A DNA stretch of 64,000 bases from Squalus acanthias (taxonomy: Eukaryota): positions 108,998,001 to 109,062,000 of the forward strand of contig CM059432.1 in the NCBI GenBank assembly GCA_030390025.1, read 5' to 3'. The position numbers were made by a program, and so were the translations under genes. Under the pieces are notes generated by a model that did not search any database, was not told the origin of the DNA, and saw nothing but the letters and a program-made list of their open reading frames with translations. This document shows positions 8,201 to 24,220 of this stretch, piece after piece (position 1 is the stretch's first letter; each line of letters begins with the position of its first letter).

Positions 8201-11200
8201 CACAGACAGGATTCACATACATTTCACAGACAGGATTCACATACAGTTCACAGACTGGATTCACATTCCGTTCACAGACAGGATTCACATACATTTCACA
8301 GACAGGATTCACATACAGTTCACAGACAGGATTCACATGCATTTCACAGACTGGATTCACATTCCGTTCACAGACAGGATTCACATACATTTCACAGACA
8401 GGATTCACATACAGTTCACAGACAGGATTCACATACAGTTCACAGACAGGATTCACAAACAATTCACAGACAGGATTCACATACAGTTCACAGACTGGAT
8501 TCACATACAATTCACAGACATAATTCACATACAGTTCACAGACAGGATTCCCATACAGTTCACAGACAGGATTCACATACAGTTCACAGACAGGATTCCC
8601 ATACAGTTCACAGACATAATTCACATAAATTACACAGACAGGATTCACATACAGTTCACAGACATGATTCACATACAGTTCTCAGACATAATTCAAATAC
8701 AGTTCACAGACAGGATCCACATACAGTTCATAGACAGGATTCACAAACAGTTCACAGACAGGATTCACATACAGTTCACAGACAGGATTCCCATACAGTT
8801 CACAGACATAATTCAAATATACTTCACAGACATGATTAACATACAGTTAGCAGACAGCATTCACATACAGTTCACAGACATAATTTACAAACAGTTCACA
8901 GACAGGATCCACATACAGTTCATAGACAGGATTCACAAACAGTTCACAGACAGGATTCACAAACAGTTCACAAACAGGATTCAAATACAGTTCACAGACA
9001 GGGATCACAAACAGTTCACAGACAGGATTCACAAACAGTTCACAGACAGGATTCACTTACAGTTCACAGACAGGATTCACATCCAGCTCACAGACAGGGA
9101 TCACATACAGTTAATAGACAGGATTCACAGATAGTTCACAGACATAATTCAAATACACCTCACAGACATGATTCACATACAGTTCACAGATAGGGGTCAC
9201 ATACAGTTCACAGACAGGATTCACATACAGTTCACAGGCAGGATTCACAAACAGTTCACAGACAGGACTCACATACAGTTCACAGACAGGGGTCACATAC
9301 AGTTCACAGACAGGATTCACATACAGTTCACAGACAGGATTCACTTACAGATCACAGACAGGATTCACATACAGTTCATAGACAGGATTCTCAGACAGTT
9401 CACAGACTGGATTCACATACAGTTCACAGACAGGATTCACATACAGTTCACAGACAGGATTCACATACAGTTCACAGACAGCATTCACATACAGTTCACA
9501 GACATAATTTACAAACAGTTCATAGACAGGATCCACATATATTTCATAGACAGGATTCACAAACAGTTCACCGACAGGATTCACATACAGTTCACAGACA
9601 GGATTCACATACAGTTCACAGACAGGATTCACATACAGTTCACAGACTGGATTCACATACAATTCACAGACATAATTCACATACAGTTCACAGACAGGAT
9701 TCCCATACAGTTCACAGACAGGATTCACATACAGTTCACAGACAGGATTCCCATACAGTTCACAGACATAATTCACATAAATTACACAGACAGGATTCAC
9801 ATACAGTTCACAGACATGATTCACATACAGTTCTCAGACATAATTCAAATACAGTTCACAGACAGGATCCACATACAGTTCATAGACAGGATTCACAAAC
9901 AGTTCACAGACAGGATTCACATACAGTTCACAGACAGGATTCCCATACAGTTCACAGACATAATTCAAATATACTTCACAGACATGATTAACATACAGTT
10001 AGCAGACAGCATTCACATACAGTTCACAGACATAATTTACAAACAGTTCACAGACAGGATCCACATACAGTTCATAGACAGGATTCACAAACAGTTCACA
10101 GACAGGATTCACAAACAGTTCACAAACAGGATTCAAATACAGTTCACAGACAGGGATCACAAACAGTTCACAGACAGGATTCACAAACAGTTCACAGACA
10201 GGATTCACTTACAGTTCACAGACAGGATTCACATCCAGCTCACAGACAGGGATCACATACAGTTAATAGACAGGATTCACAGATAGTTCACAGACATAAT
10301 TCAAATACACCTCACAGACATGATTCACATACAGTTCACAGATAGGGGTCACATACAGTTCACAGACAGGATTCACATACAGTTCACAGGCAGGATTCAC
10401 AAACAGTTCACAGACAGGACTCACATACAGTTCACAGACAGGGGTCACATACAGTTCACAGACAAGATTCACATACAGTTCACAGACAGGATTCACTTAC
10501 AGATCACAGACAGGATTCACATACAGTTCATAGACAGGATTCTCAGACAGTTCACAGACTGGATTCACATACAGTTCACAGACAGGATTCACATACAGTT
10601 CACAGACAGGATTCACATACAGTTCACAGACAGCATTCACATACAGTTCACAGACAGGATTCACAGACAGTTCACAGACAGGATTTACATTCAGTTCACA
10701 GACTTGATTCACAAACAATTCACAGACAGGATTCACATACAGTTCACAGACAGGATTCACATACAGTTCACAGACAGGATTCACAAACAGTTCACAGACT
10801 GGATTCACAAACAATTCACAGACATAATTCACATACAGTTCACAGACAGGATTCCCATACAGTTCACAGACATAATTCACATAAAGTCCACAGACAGGAT
10901 TCACATACAGTTCACAGACAGGATTCACATACAGTTCACAGACAGGATTCACATACAGTTCACAGACATAATTCACAAACAGTTCACAGACAGGATTCAC
11001 AGATAGTTCACAGACATAATTCAAATACACCTCACAGACAGGAAACACATACAGTTCACAGAAAGGGATCACAAACAGTTCACAGACAGGGGTCACTTAC
11101 AGTTCACAGACAGGATTCACAGACAGTTCACAGACAGGATTCACATACACTCCACAGACAGGATTCAAATACAGTCCACAGACAGGATTCACTTACAGTT

Positions 11201-14200
11201 CACAGACAGGATTCACTTACAGTTCACAGACAGGGATCACATACAGTTCATAGACAGGGGTCATTTACAGTTCACAGACAGGATTCACAGACAGTTCACA
11301 GACAGGATTTACATACAGTCCACAGACAGGATTCAAATACAGTCCACAGACAGGTTTCACATACAGTTCACAGACAGGTTTCACATACATTTCACAGACA
11401 GGATTCACATACAGTTCACAGACAGGATTCACATACAGTTCACAGACAGGATTCAGATACAGTTCACAGACAGAGTCACATACAGTTCACAGACAGGATT
11501 CACATGCATTTCACAGACAGGATTCACATACAGTTCACAGACAGGATTCACATACCGTTCACAGACTGGATTCACATTCCGTTCACAGACAGGATTCACA
11601 TACATTTCACAGACAGGATTCACATTCCGTTCACAGACAGGATTCAGATACATTTCACAGACAGGATTCACATACAGTTCACAGACAGGATTCACATACA
11701 GTTCACAGACTGGATTCACATTCCGTTCACAGACAGGATTCACATACATTTCACAGACAGGATTCACATACAGTTCACAGACAGGATTCACATGCATTTC
11801 ACAGACTGGATTCACATTCCGTTCACAGACAGGATTCACATACATTTCACAGACAGGATTCACATACAGTTCACAGACAGGATTCACATACAGTTCACAG
11901 ACAGGATTCACAAACAATTCACAGACAGGATTCACATACAGTTCACAGACAGGATTCACATACAGTTCACAGACTGGATTCACATACAATTCACAGACAT
12001 AATTCACATACAGTTCACAGACAGGATTCCCATACAGTTCACAGACAGGATTCACATACAGTTCACAGACAGGATTCCCATACAGTTCACAGACATAATT
12101 CACATAAATTACACAGACAGGATTCACATACAGTTCACAGACATGATTCACATACAGTTCTCAGACATAATTCAAATACAGTTCACAGACAGGATCCACA
12201 TACAGTTCATAGACAGGATTCACAAACAGTTCACAGACAGGATTCACATACAGTTCACAGACAGGATTCCCATACAGTTCACAGACATAATTCAAATATA
12301 CTTCACAGACATGATTAACATACAGTTAGCAGACAGCATTCACATACAGTTCACAGACATAATTTACAAACAGTTCACAGACAGGATCCACATACAGTTC
12401 ATAGACAGGATTCACAAACAGTTCACAGACAGGATTCACAAACAGTTCACAAACAGGATTCAAATACAGTTCACAGACAGGGATCACAAACAGTTCACAG
12501 ACAGGATTCACAAACAGTTCACAGACAGGATTCACTTACAGTTCACAGACAGGATTCACATCCAGCTCACAGACAGGGATCACATACAGTTAATAGACAG
12601 GATTCACAGATAGTTCACAGACATAATTCAAATACACCTCACAGACATGATTCACATACAGTTCACAGATAGGGGTCACATACAGTTCACAGACAGGATT
12701 CACATACAGTTCACAGGCAGGATTCACAAACAGTTCACAGACAGGACTCACATACAGTTCACAGACAGGGGTCACATACAGTTCACAGACAGGATTCACA
12801 TACAGTTCACAGACAGGATTCACTTACAGATCACAGACAGGATTCACATACAGTTCATAGACAGGATTCTCAGACAGTTCACAGACTGGATTCACATACA
12901 GTTCACAGACAGGATTCACATACAGTTCACAGACAGGATTCACATACAGTTCACAGACAGCATTCACATACAGTTCACAGACATAATTTACAAACAGTTC
13001 ATAGACAGGATCCACATATATTTCATAGACAGGATTCACAAACAGTTCACAGACAGGATTCACAAACAATTCACAGACAGGATTCACTTACAGATCATAG
13101 ACAGGATTCACATACAGTTCACAGACAGGATTCACATACAGTTAACAGACAGGATTCACATACAGTCCACAGACAGGATCCACAGACAGTTCACAGACAG
13201 GTTTTAGATACAGTTCACAGACAGGATTCACATACAGTTCACAGACAGGATTAACATACAGTTCACAGCCAGGATTCACATACAGTTCACAAACAGGCTT
13301 CACTTACAGTTCACAGACAGGATTCACATACAGTTCACAGACAAGATACACATACAGTTCACAGACAGGATACACATACAGTTCACAGACAGGATTCACA
13401 TACAGTTCACAGACAGGATTCACACACAGTTCACAGACAGGATTCTCATACAGTTCACAGACAGGATTCACACACAGTTCACAGACAGGATTCTCATACA
13501 GTTCACAGTCAGGATTCACAGACAGTTCACAGACATGATTCACATACAGTTCAGAGACAAGATACACATACAGTTCACAGATATAATTTACAAACAGTCC
13601 ACAGACAGGATCCACAGACAGTTCACAGACAGGTTTTAGATACAGTTCACAGACAGGATTCACATACAGTTCACAGACAGGATTAACATACAGTTCACAG
13701 CCAGGATTCACAAACAGTTCACAGACTGGATTCACAAACAATTCACAGACAGGATTCACAGACAGTTCACAGACAGGATTTACATTCAGTTCACAGACTT
13801 GATTCACAAACAATTCACAGACAGGATTCACATACAGTTCACAGACAGGATTCACATACAGTTCACAGACAGGATTCACAAACAGTTCACAGACTGGATT
13901 CACAAACAATTCACAGACATAATTCACATACAGTTCACAGACAGGATTCCCATACAGTTCACAGACATAATTCACATAAAGTCCACAGACAGGATTCACA
14001 TACAGTTCACAGACAGGATTCACATACAGTTCACAGACAGGATTCACATACAGTTCACAGACATAATTCACAAACAGTTCACAGACAGGATTCACAGATA
14101 GTTCACAGACATAATTCAAATACACCTCACAGACAGGAAACACATACAGTTCACAGAAAGGGATCACAAACAGTTCACAGACAGGGGTCACTTACAGTTC

Positions 14201-17200
14201 ACAGACAGGATTCACAGACAGTTCACAGACAGGATTCACATACACTCCACAGACAGGATTCAAATACAGTCCACAGACAGGATTCACTTACAGTTCACAG
14301 ACAGGATTCACTTACAGTTCACAGACAGGGATCACATACAGTTCATAGACAGGGGTCATTTACAGTTCACAGACAGGATTCACAGACAGTTCACAGACAG
14401 GATTCACATACAGTCCACAGACAGGATTCAAATACAGTCCACAGACAGGTTTCACATACAGTTCACAGACAGGTTTCACATACATTTCACAGACAGGATT
14501 CACATACAGTTCACAGACAGGATTCACATACAGTTCACAGACAGGATTCAGATACAGTTCACAGACAGAGTCACATACAGTTCACAGACAGGATTCACAT
14601 GCATTTCACAGACAGGATTCACATACAGTTCACAGACAGGATTCACATACCGTTCACAGACTGGATTCACATTCCGTTCACAGACAGGATTCACATACAT
14701 TACACAGACAGGATTCACATTCCGTTCACAGACAGGATTCAGATACATTTCACAGACAGGATTCACATACAGTTCACAGACAGGATTCACATACAGTTCA
14801 CAGACAGGATTCACATACATTTCACAGACAGGATTCACATACAGTTCACAGACTGGATTCACATTCCGTTCACAGACAGGATTCACATACATTTCACAGA
14901 CAGGATTCACATACAGTTCACAGACAGGATTCACATGCATTTCACAGACTGGATTCACATTCCGTTCACAGACAGGATTCACATACATTTCACAGACAGG
15001 ATTCACATACAGTTCACAGACAGGATTCACATACAGTTCACAGACAGGATTCACAAACAATTCACAGACAGGATTCACATACAGTTCACAGACAGGATTC
15101 ACATACAGTTCACAGACTGGATTCACATACAATTCACAGACATAATTCACATACAGTTCACAGACAGGATTCCCATACAGTTCACAGACAGGATTCACAT
15201 ACAGTTCACAGACAGGATTCCCATACAGTTCACAGACATAATTCACATAAATTACACAGACAGGATTCACATACAGTTCACAGACATGATTCACATACAG
15301 TTCTCAGACATAATTCAAATACAGTTCACAGACAGGATCCACATACAGTTCATAGACAGGATTCACAAACAGTTCACAGACAGGATTCACATACAGTTCA
15401 CAGACAGGATTCCCATACAGTTCACAGACATAATTCAAATATACTTCACAGACATGATTAACATACAGTTAGCAGACAGCATTCACATACAGTTCACAGA
15501 CATAATTTACAAACAGTTCACAGACAGGATCCACATACAGTTCATAGACAGGATTCACAAACAGTTCACAGACAGGATTCACAAACAGTTCACAAACAGG
15601 ATTCAAATACAGTTCACAGACAGGGATCACAAACAGTTCACAGACAGGATTCACAAACAGTTCACAGACAGGATTCACTTACAGTTCACAGACAGGATTC
15701 ACATCCAGCTCACAGACAGGGATCACATACAGTTAATAGACAGGATTCACAGATAGTTCACAGACATAATTCAAATACACCTCACAGACATGATTCACAT
15801 ACAGTTCACAGATAGGGGTCACATACAGTTCACAGACAGGATTCACATACAGTTCACAGGCAGGATTCACAAACAGTTCACAGACAGGACTCACATACAG
15901 TTCACAGACAGGGGTCACATACAGTTCACAGACAGGATTCACATACAGTTCACAGACAGGATTCACTTACAGATCACAGACAGGATTCACATACAGTTCA
16001 TAGACAGGATTCTCAGACAGTTCACAGACTGGATTCACATACAGTTCACAGACAGGATTCACATACAGTTCACAGACAGGATTCACATACAGTTCACAGA
16101 CAGCATTCACATACAGTTCACAGACATAATTTACAAACAGTTCATAGACAGGATCCACATATATTTCATAGACAGGATTCACAAACAGTTCACAGACAGG
16201 ATTCACAAACAATTCACAGACAGGATTCACTTACAGATCATAGACAGGATTCACATACAGTTCATAGACAGGATTCACACACAGTTCACAGACATAATTC
16301 ACATAAATTCCACAGACAGGATTCACTTACAGTTCACAGACATGATTCACATACAGTTCACAGACAGGATCCACATACAGTTCATAGACAGGATCTACAT
16401 ACAGTTCATAGACAGGATTCACAAACAGTTCATAGACAGGATTCACATATAGTTCACAGACAGGGATCACATACAGTTCACATACAGGATTCACTTACAG
16501 TTCACAGACAGGGATCACAAACAGTTCACAGACAGGATTCACATACAGTTCACAGACAGAATTCACTGACAGTTCACAGACAGGATTCACATACAGTTCA
16601 CAGTCAGGATTCACAGATAGTTCACAGACATAATTCAAATACACCTCACAGACATGATTCACATACAGTTCACAGATAGGGGTCACATGCAGTTCATAGA
16701 CAGGATTCAATTAAATTTCACAGAGAGGATTCACATACAGTTCACAGACAGGATTCACTTACAGTTCACAAACAGGGGTCACATACAGTTCACAGACGGG
16801 ATTCACATACAGTTCAGAGACAGGATTCAAATACAGTTCACAGACAGGATTCACAGACAGTTCACAGTCAGGATTCACAGATAGTTCACAGACATTATTC
16901 AAATACACCTCACAGACAGGATTCACATACAGTTCCCTGACAGGATTCACATACAGTTCACAGACAGGATTCACATACAGTTCACAGACAGGGGTCACTT
17001 ACAGTTCACAGACAGGATTCCCTTACAGTCCACAGACCGGATTCACATACAGTTCACAGACAGGGGTCACTTACAGTTCACAGACAGGATTCACATACAG
17101 TTCACAGACAGGACTCACATCCAGTTCACAGACAGGGGTCATTTACAGTTCACAGACAGGATTCACATACAATTCACAGACTGGATTCACGTACAGTTCA

Positions 17201-20200
17201 CAGACAGGTTTAACATACAGTTCACATACTGGATTCACATACCGTTCACAGACAGGATTCACATACAGTTCACAGACAGGATTCACATAGAGTTCACAGA
17301 CAGGATTCACATACATTCACAGACAGGATTCACAGACAGTTCACAGACAGGATTCTCATACAGTTCACAGACTGGATTCACATACAGTTCACAGACAGGA
17401 TTCACATACAGTTCACAGACAGGGTTCACATACAGTTCACAGATTGGATTCACATACAGTTCACAGACATAATTCAAACACAGTTCACAGATAGGTTTCA
17501 CATACAGTTCACAGACATAATTCACAAACAGTTCACAGACAGGATTCACGTACAGTTCACAGACAGGATTCACACACAGTTCACAAAAAGGATTCACATA
17601 CAGTTCACAGACAGGATTAACATACAGTTCACAGACTGGATTCACAAACAATTCACAGACAGGATTCACATACAGTTCACAGACAGGATTCACATAAATT
17701 ACACAGTCAGGATTCACATACAGTTCACAGACAGGATTCACATACAGTTCACAGACAGGATTCACATACAGTTCACAGACAGGATTCACATACAGTTCAC
17801 AGACAGGATTCCCATACAGTTCACAGCCATAATTCACATAAATTACACAGACAGGATTCACATACAGTTCACAGACATGATTCAAATACAGTTCACAGAC
17901 AGGATTCACATACAGTTCACAGAAAGCATTCACATACAGTTCACAGACATAATTTACAAACAGTTCACAGACAGGATCCACATACAGTTCATAGACAGGA
18001 TTCACAAACAGTTCACAGACAGGATTCACAAACAATTCTCAGACTGGATTCACATACAGTGCACAGACAGGATTCCCATACAGTTCACAGACATAATTCA
18101 CATAAATTCCACAGACAGGATTCACAAACAGTTCACAGATATGATTTACATACAGTTCACAGACATAATTCAAATACAGTTCACAGACATGATTAACATA
18201 CAGTTAGCAGACAGCATTCACATACAGTTCACAGACATAATTTATAAACAGTTCACAGACAGGATCCACATACAGTTCAAAGACAGGGGTCACTTACAGT
18301 TCATAGACAGGATCCACATACAGTTCATAGACAGGAATCACAAACAGTTCACAGACAGGATTCACAAACAGTTCACAGACAGGATTCACTTACAGTTCAC
18401 AGACAGGATTCACATCCAGTTCACAGACAGGGATCACATACAGTTCACAGACAGGATTCACAGATAGTTCACAGACATAATTCAAATACACCTCACAGAC
18501 ATGATTCACATACAGTTCACAGATAGGGCTCACATACAGTTCATAGACAGGATTCAATTAAATTTCACAGACAGGATTCACATACAGTTCACAGACAGGA
18601 TTCACAAACAGTTCACAGACAGGATTCCCAAAAGTTGACAGACAGGTTTCACAGACAGTTCACAGACAGGATTCACAAACAGTTCACAGACAGGACTCAC
18701 ATACAGTTCACAGACAGGGGTCACTTACAGTTCACAGACAGGATTCACATACAGTTCACAGACAGGATTCACATAGAGTTCACAGACAGGATTCACTTAC
18801 AGTTCACAGACAGGATTCACATACAGATCACAGACAGAATTCACATACAGTTCACAGACAGGATTCACATACAGTTCACAGACAGGATTCACATACAGTT
18901 CACAGACAGGATTCGCATACAGTTCGCAGACAGGATTCACTTACAGTTCACAGACAGGATTCACATACAGATCGCAGACAGGATTCACATACAGTTCACA
19001 GACAGGATTCACATACAGTTCACAGACAGGATTCTCAACCAGTTCACAGACTGGATTCACATACAGTTCACAGACAGGATTCACATACAGTTCACAGACA
19101 GGATTCCCATACAGTTCACAGACATAATTCACATAAATTCCACAGACAGGATTCACATACAGTTCACAGACATAATTCAAATACAGTTCACAGATAGGTT
19201 TCACATACAGTTCACAGACATAATTCACAAACAGTTCACAGACAGGATTCACGTACAGTTCACAGACAGGATTCACACACAGTTCACAAAAAGGATTCAC
19301 ACACAGTTCACAGACAGGATTAACATACAGTTCACAGACTGGATTCACAAACAATTCACAGACAGGATTCACATACAGTTCACAGACAGGATTCACATAA
19401 ATTACACAGACAGGATTCACATACAGTTCACAATCAGGATTCACTTACAGTTCACAGACAGGGGTCACATACAGTTCACAGACAGGATTCACATACAGTT
19501 CACAGACAGGATTCACATACAATTCACAGACATAATTCACATACAGTTCACAGACAGGATTCCCGTACAGTTCACAGACAGGATTCACATACAGTTCACA
19601 GACAGGATTCACATACAATTCACAGACATAATTCACATACAGTTCACAGACAGGATTCCCGTACAGTTCACAGACAGGATTCACATACAGTTCATAGACA
19701 GGATTCACAAACAGTTCACAGACAGGATTCACAAACAATTCTCAGACAGGATTCACATACAGTTCACAGACAGGATTCCCATACAGTTCACAGACATAAT
19801 TCACATAAATTCCACAGACAGGATTCACAAACAGTTCACAGACATGATTTACATACAGTTCACAGACATAATTCAAATACAGTTCACAGACATGATTAGC
19901 ATACAGTTAGCAGACAGCATTCACATACAGTTCACAGACATAATTTACAAACAGTTCACAGACAGGATCCACATACAGTTCATAGACAGGAATCACAAAC
20001 AGTTCACAGACAGGATTCACAAACAGTTCACAGACAGGATTCACTTACAGTTCACAGACAGGATTCACATCCAGTTCACAGACAGGGATCACATACAGTT
20101 CACAGACAGGATTCACAGATAGTTCACAGACATAATTCAAATACACCTCACAGATATGATTCACATACAGTTCACAGATAGGGCTCACATACAGTTCATA

Positions 20201-23200
20201 GACAGGATTCAATTAAATTTCACAGACAGGATTCACATACAGTTCACAGGCAGGATTCACAAACAGTTCACAGACAGGATTCCCAAAAGTTGACAGACAG
20301 GTTTCACAGACAGTTCACAGACAGGATTCACAAACAGTTCACAGACAGGACTCACATACAGTTCACAGACAGGGGTCACTTACAGTTCACAGACAGGATT
20401 CACATACAGTTCACAGACATAATTTACAAACAGTTCACAGACAGGATCCACATACAGTTCATAGACAGGAATCACAAACAGTTCACAGACAGGATTCACA
20501 AACAGTTCACAGACAGGATTCACTTACAGTTCACAGACAGGATTCACATCCAGTTCACAGACAGGGATCACATACAGTTCACAGACAGGATTCACAGATA
20601 GTTCACAGACATAATTCAAATACACCTCACAGACATGATTCACATACAGTTCACAGATAGGGCTCACATACAGTTCATAGACAGGATTCAATTAAATTTC
20701 ACAGACAGGATTCACATACAGTTCACAGACAGGATTCACAAACAGTTCACAGACAGGATTCCCAAAAGTTGACAGACAGGTTTCACAGACAGTTCACAGA
20801 CAGGATTCACAAACAGTTCACAGACAGGACTCACATACAGTTCACAGACAGGGGTCACTTACAATTCACAGACAGGATTCACATACAGTTCACAGACAGG
20901 ATTCACATACAGTTCACAGACAGGATTCACTTACAGTTCACAGACAGGATTCACATACAGTTCACAGACAGGATTCACATACAGTTCACAGACAGGATTC
21001 ACATACAGTTCACAGACAGCATTCACATACAGTTCACAGACATAATTTACAAACAGTTCATAGACAGGATCCACATATATTTCATAGACAGGATTCACAA
21101 ACAGTTCACAGACAGGATTCACAAACAATTCACAGACAGGATTCACTTACAGATCATAGACAGGATTCACATACAGTTCATAGACAGGATTCACACACAG
21201 TTCACAGACATAATTCACATAAATTCCACAGACAGGATTCACTTACAGTTCACAGACATGATTCACATACAGTTCACAGACAGGATCCACATACAGTTCA
21301 TAGACAGGATCTACATACAGTTCATAGACAGGATTCACAAACAGTTCATAGACAGGATTCACATATAGTTCACAGACAGGGATCACATACAGTTCACATA
21401 CAGGATTCACTTACAGTTCACAGACAGGGATCACAAACAGTTCACAGACAGGATTCACATACAGTTCACAGACAGAATTCACTGACAGTTCACAGACAGG
21501 ATTCACATACAGTTCACAGTCAGGATTCACAGATAGTTCACAGACATAATTCAAATACACCTCACAGACATGATTCACATACAGTTCACAGATAGGGGTC
21601 ACATGCAGTTCATAGACAGGATTCAATTAAATTTCACAGAGAGGATTCACATACAGTTCACAGACAGGATTCACTTACAGTTCACAAACAGGGGTCACAT
21701 ACAGTTCACAGACGGGATTCACATACAGTTCAGAGACAGGATTCAAATACAGTTCACAGACAGGATTCACAGACAGTTCACAGTCAGGATTCACAGATAG
21801 TTCACAGACATTATTCAAATACACCTCACAGACAGGATTCACATACAGTTCCCTGACAGGATTCACATACAGTTCACAGACAGGATTCACATACAGTTCA
21901 CAGACAGGGGTCACTTACAGTTCACAGACAGGATTCCCTTACAGTCCACAGACCGGATTCACATACAGTTCACAGACAGGGGTCACTTACAGTTCACAGA
22001 CAGGATTCACATACAGTTCACAGACAGGACTCACATCCAGTTCACAGACAGGGGTCATTTACAGTTCACAGACAGGATTCACATACAATTCACAGACTGG
22101 ATTCACGTACAGTTCACAGACAGGTTTAACATACAGTTCACATACTGGATTCACATACCGTTCACAGACAGGATTCACATACAGTTCACAGACAGGATTC
22201 ACATAGAGTTCACAGACAGGATTCACATACATTCACAGACAGGATTCACAGACAGTTCACAGACAGGATTCTCATACAGTTCACAGACTGGATTCACATA
22301 CAGTTCACAGACAGGATTCACATACAGTTCACAGACAGGGTTCACATACAGTTCACAGATTGGATTCACATACAGTTCACAGACATAATTCAAACACAGT
22401 TCACAGATAGGTTTCACATACAGTTCACAGACATAATTCACAAACAGTTCACAGACAGGATTCACGTACAGTTCACAGACAGGATTCACACACAGTTCAC
22501 AAAAAGGATTCACATACAGTTCACAGACAGGATTAACATACAGTTCACAGACTGGATTCACAAACAATTCACAGACAGGATTCACATACAGTTCACAGAC
22601 AGGATTCACATAAATTACACAGTCAGGATTCACATACAGTTCACAGACAGGATTCACATACAGTTCACAGACAGGATTCACATACAGTTCACAGACAGGA
22701 TTCACATACAGTTCACAGACAGGATTCCCATACAGTTCACAGCCATAATTCACATAAATTACACAGACAGGATTCACATACAGTTCACAGACATGATTCA
22801 AATACAGTTCACAGACAGGATTCACATACAGTTCACAGAAAGCATTCACATACAGTTCACAGACATAATTTACAAACAGTTCACAGACAGGATCCACATA
22901 CAGTTCATAGACAGGATTCACAAACAGTTCACAGACAGGATTCACAAACAATTCTCAGACTGGATTCACAGACAGGATTCCCATACAGTTCACAGACATA
23001 ATTCACATAAATTCCACAGACAGGATTCACAAACAGTTCACAGATATGATTTACATACAGTTCACAGACATAATTCAAATACAGTTCACAGACATGATTA
23101 ACATACAGTTAGCAGACAGCATTCACATACAGTTCACAGACATAATTTATAAACAGTTCACAGACAGGATCCACATGCAGTTCAAAGACAGGGGTCACTT

Positions 23201-24020
23201 ACAGTTCATAGACAGGATCCACATACAGTTCATAGACAGGAATCACAAACAGTTCACAGACAGGATTCACAAACAGTTCACAGACAGGATTCACTTACAG
23301 TTCACAGACAGGATTCACATCCAGTTCACAGACAGGGATCACATACAGTTCACAGACAGGATTCACAGATAGTTCACAGACATAATTCAAATACACCTCA
23401 CAGACATGATTCACATACAGTTCACAGATAGGGCTCACATACAGTTCATAGACAGGTTTCAATTAAATTTCACAGACAGGATTCACATGCAGTTCACAGA
23501 CAGGATTCACAAACAGTTCACAGACAGGATTCCCAAAAGTTGACAGACAGGTTTCACAGACAGTTCACAGACAGGATTCACAAACAGTTCACAGACAGGA
23601 CTCACATACAGTTCACAGACAGGGGTCACTTACAGTTCACAGACAGGATTCACATACAGTTCACAGACAGGATTCACATAGAGTTCACAGACAGGATTCA
23701 CATACAGATCACAGACAGAATTCACATACAGTTCACAGACAGGATTCACATACAGTTCACAGACAGGATTCACATACAGTTCACAGACAGGATTCGCATA
23801 CAGTTCGCAGACAGGATTCACTTACAGTTCACAGACAGGATTCACATACAGATCGCAGACAGGATTCACATACAGTTCACAGACAGGATTCACATACAGT
23901 TCACAGACAGGATTCTCAACCAGTTCACAGACTGGATTCACATACAGTTCACAGACAGGATTCACATACAGTTCACAGACAGGATTCCCATACAGTTCAC
24001 AGACATAATTCACATAAATT
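5240..24020. repeat. 24-bp satellite array, left domain (variant-rich, with higher-order duplications)
   Basis: Tandem CACAGACAGGATTCACATACAGTT in one orientation, with recurrent variant monomers (CATAATTC, TTCCCATA, TTCATAGA, GGGGTCAC). Confidence 0.99.
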
Positions 24021-24220
24021 NNNNNNNNNNNNNNNNNNNNNNNNNNNNNNNNNNNNNNNNNNNNNNNNNNNNNNNNNNNNNNNNNNNNNNNNNNNNNNNN
24101 NNNNNNNNNNNNNNNNNNNNNNNNNNNNNNNNNNNNNNNNNNNNNNNNNNNNNNNNNNNNNNNNNNNNNNNNNNNNNNNNNNNNNNNNNNNNNNNNNNNN
24201 NNNNNNNNNNNNNNNNNNNN
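24021..24220. other. Assembly gap (200 N, probably an arbitrary-size scaffold join)
   Basis: Run of exactly 200 N inside the satellite. Confidence 0.99.
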
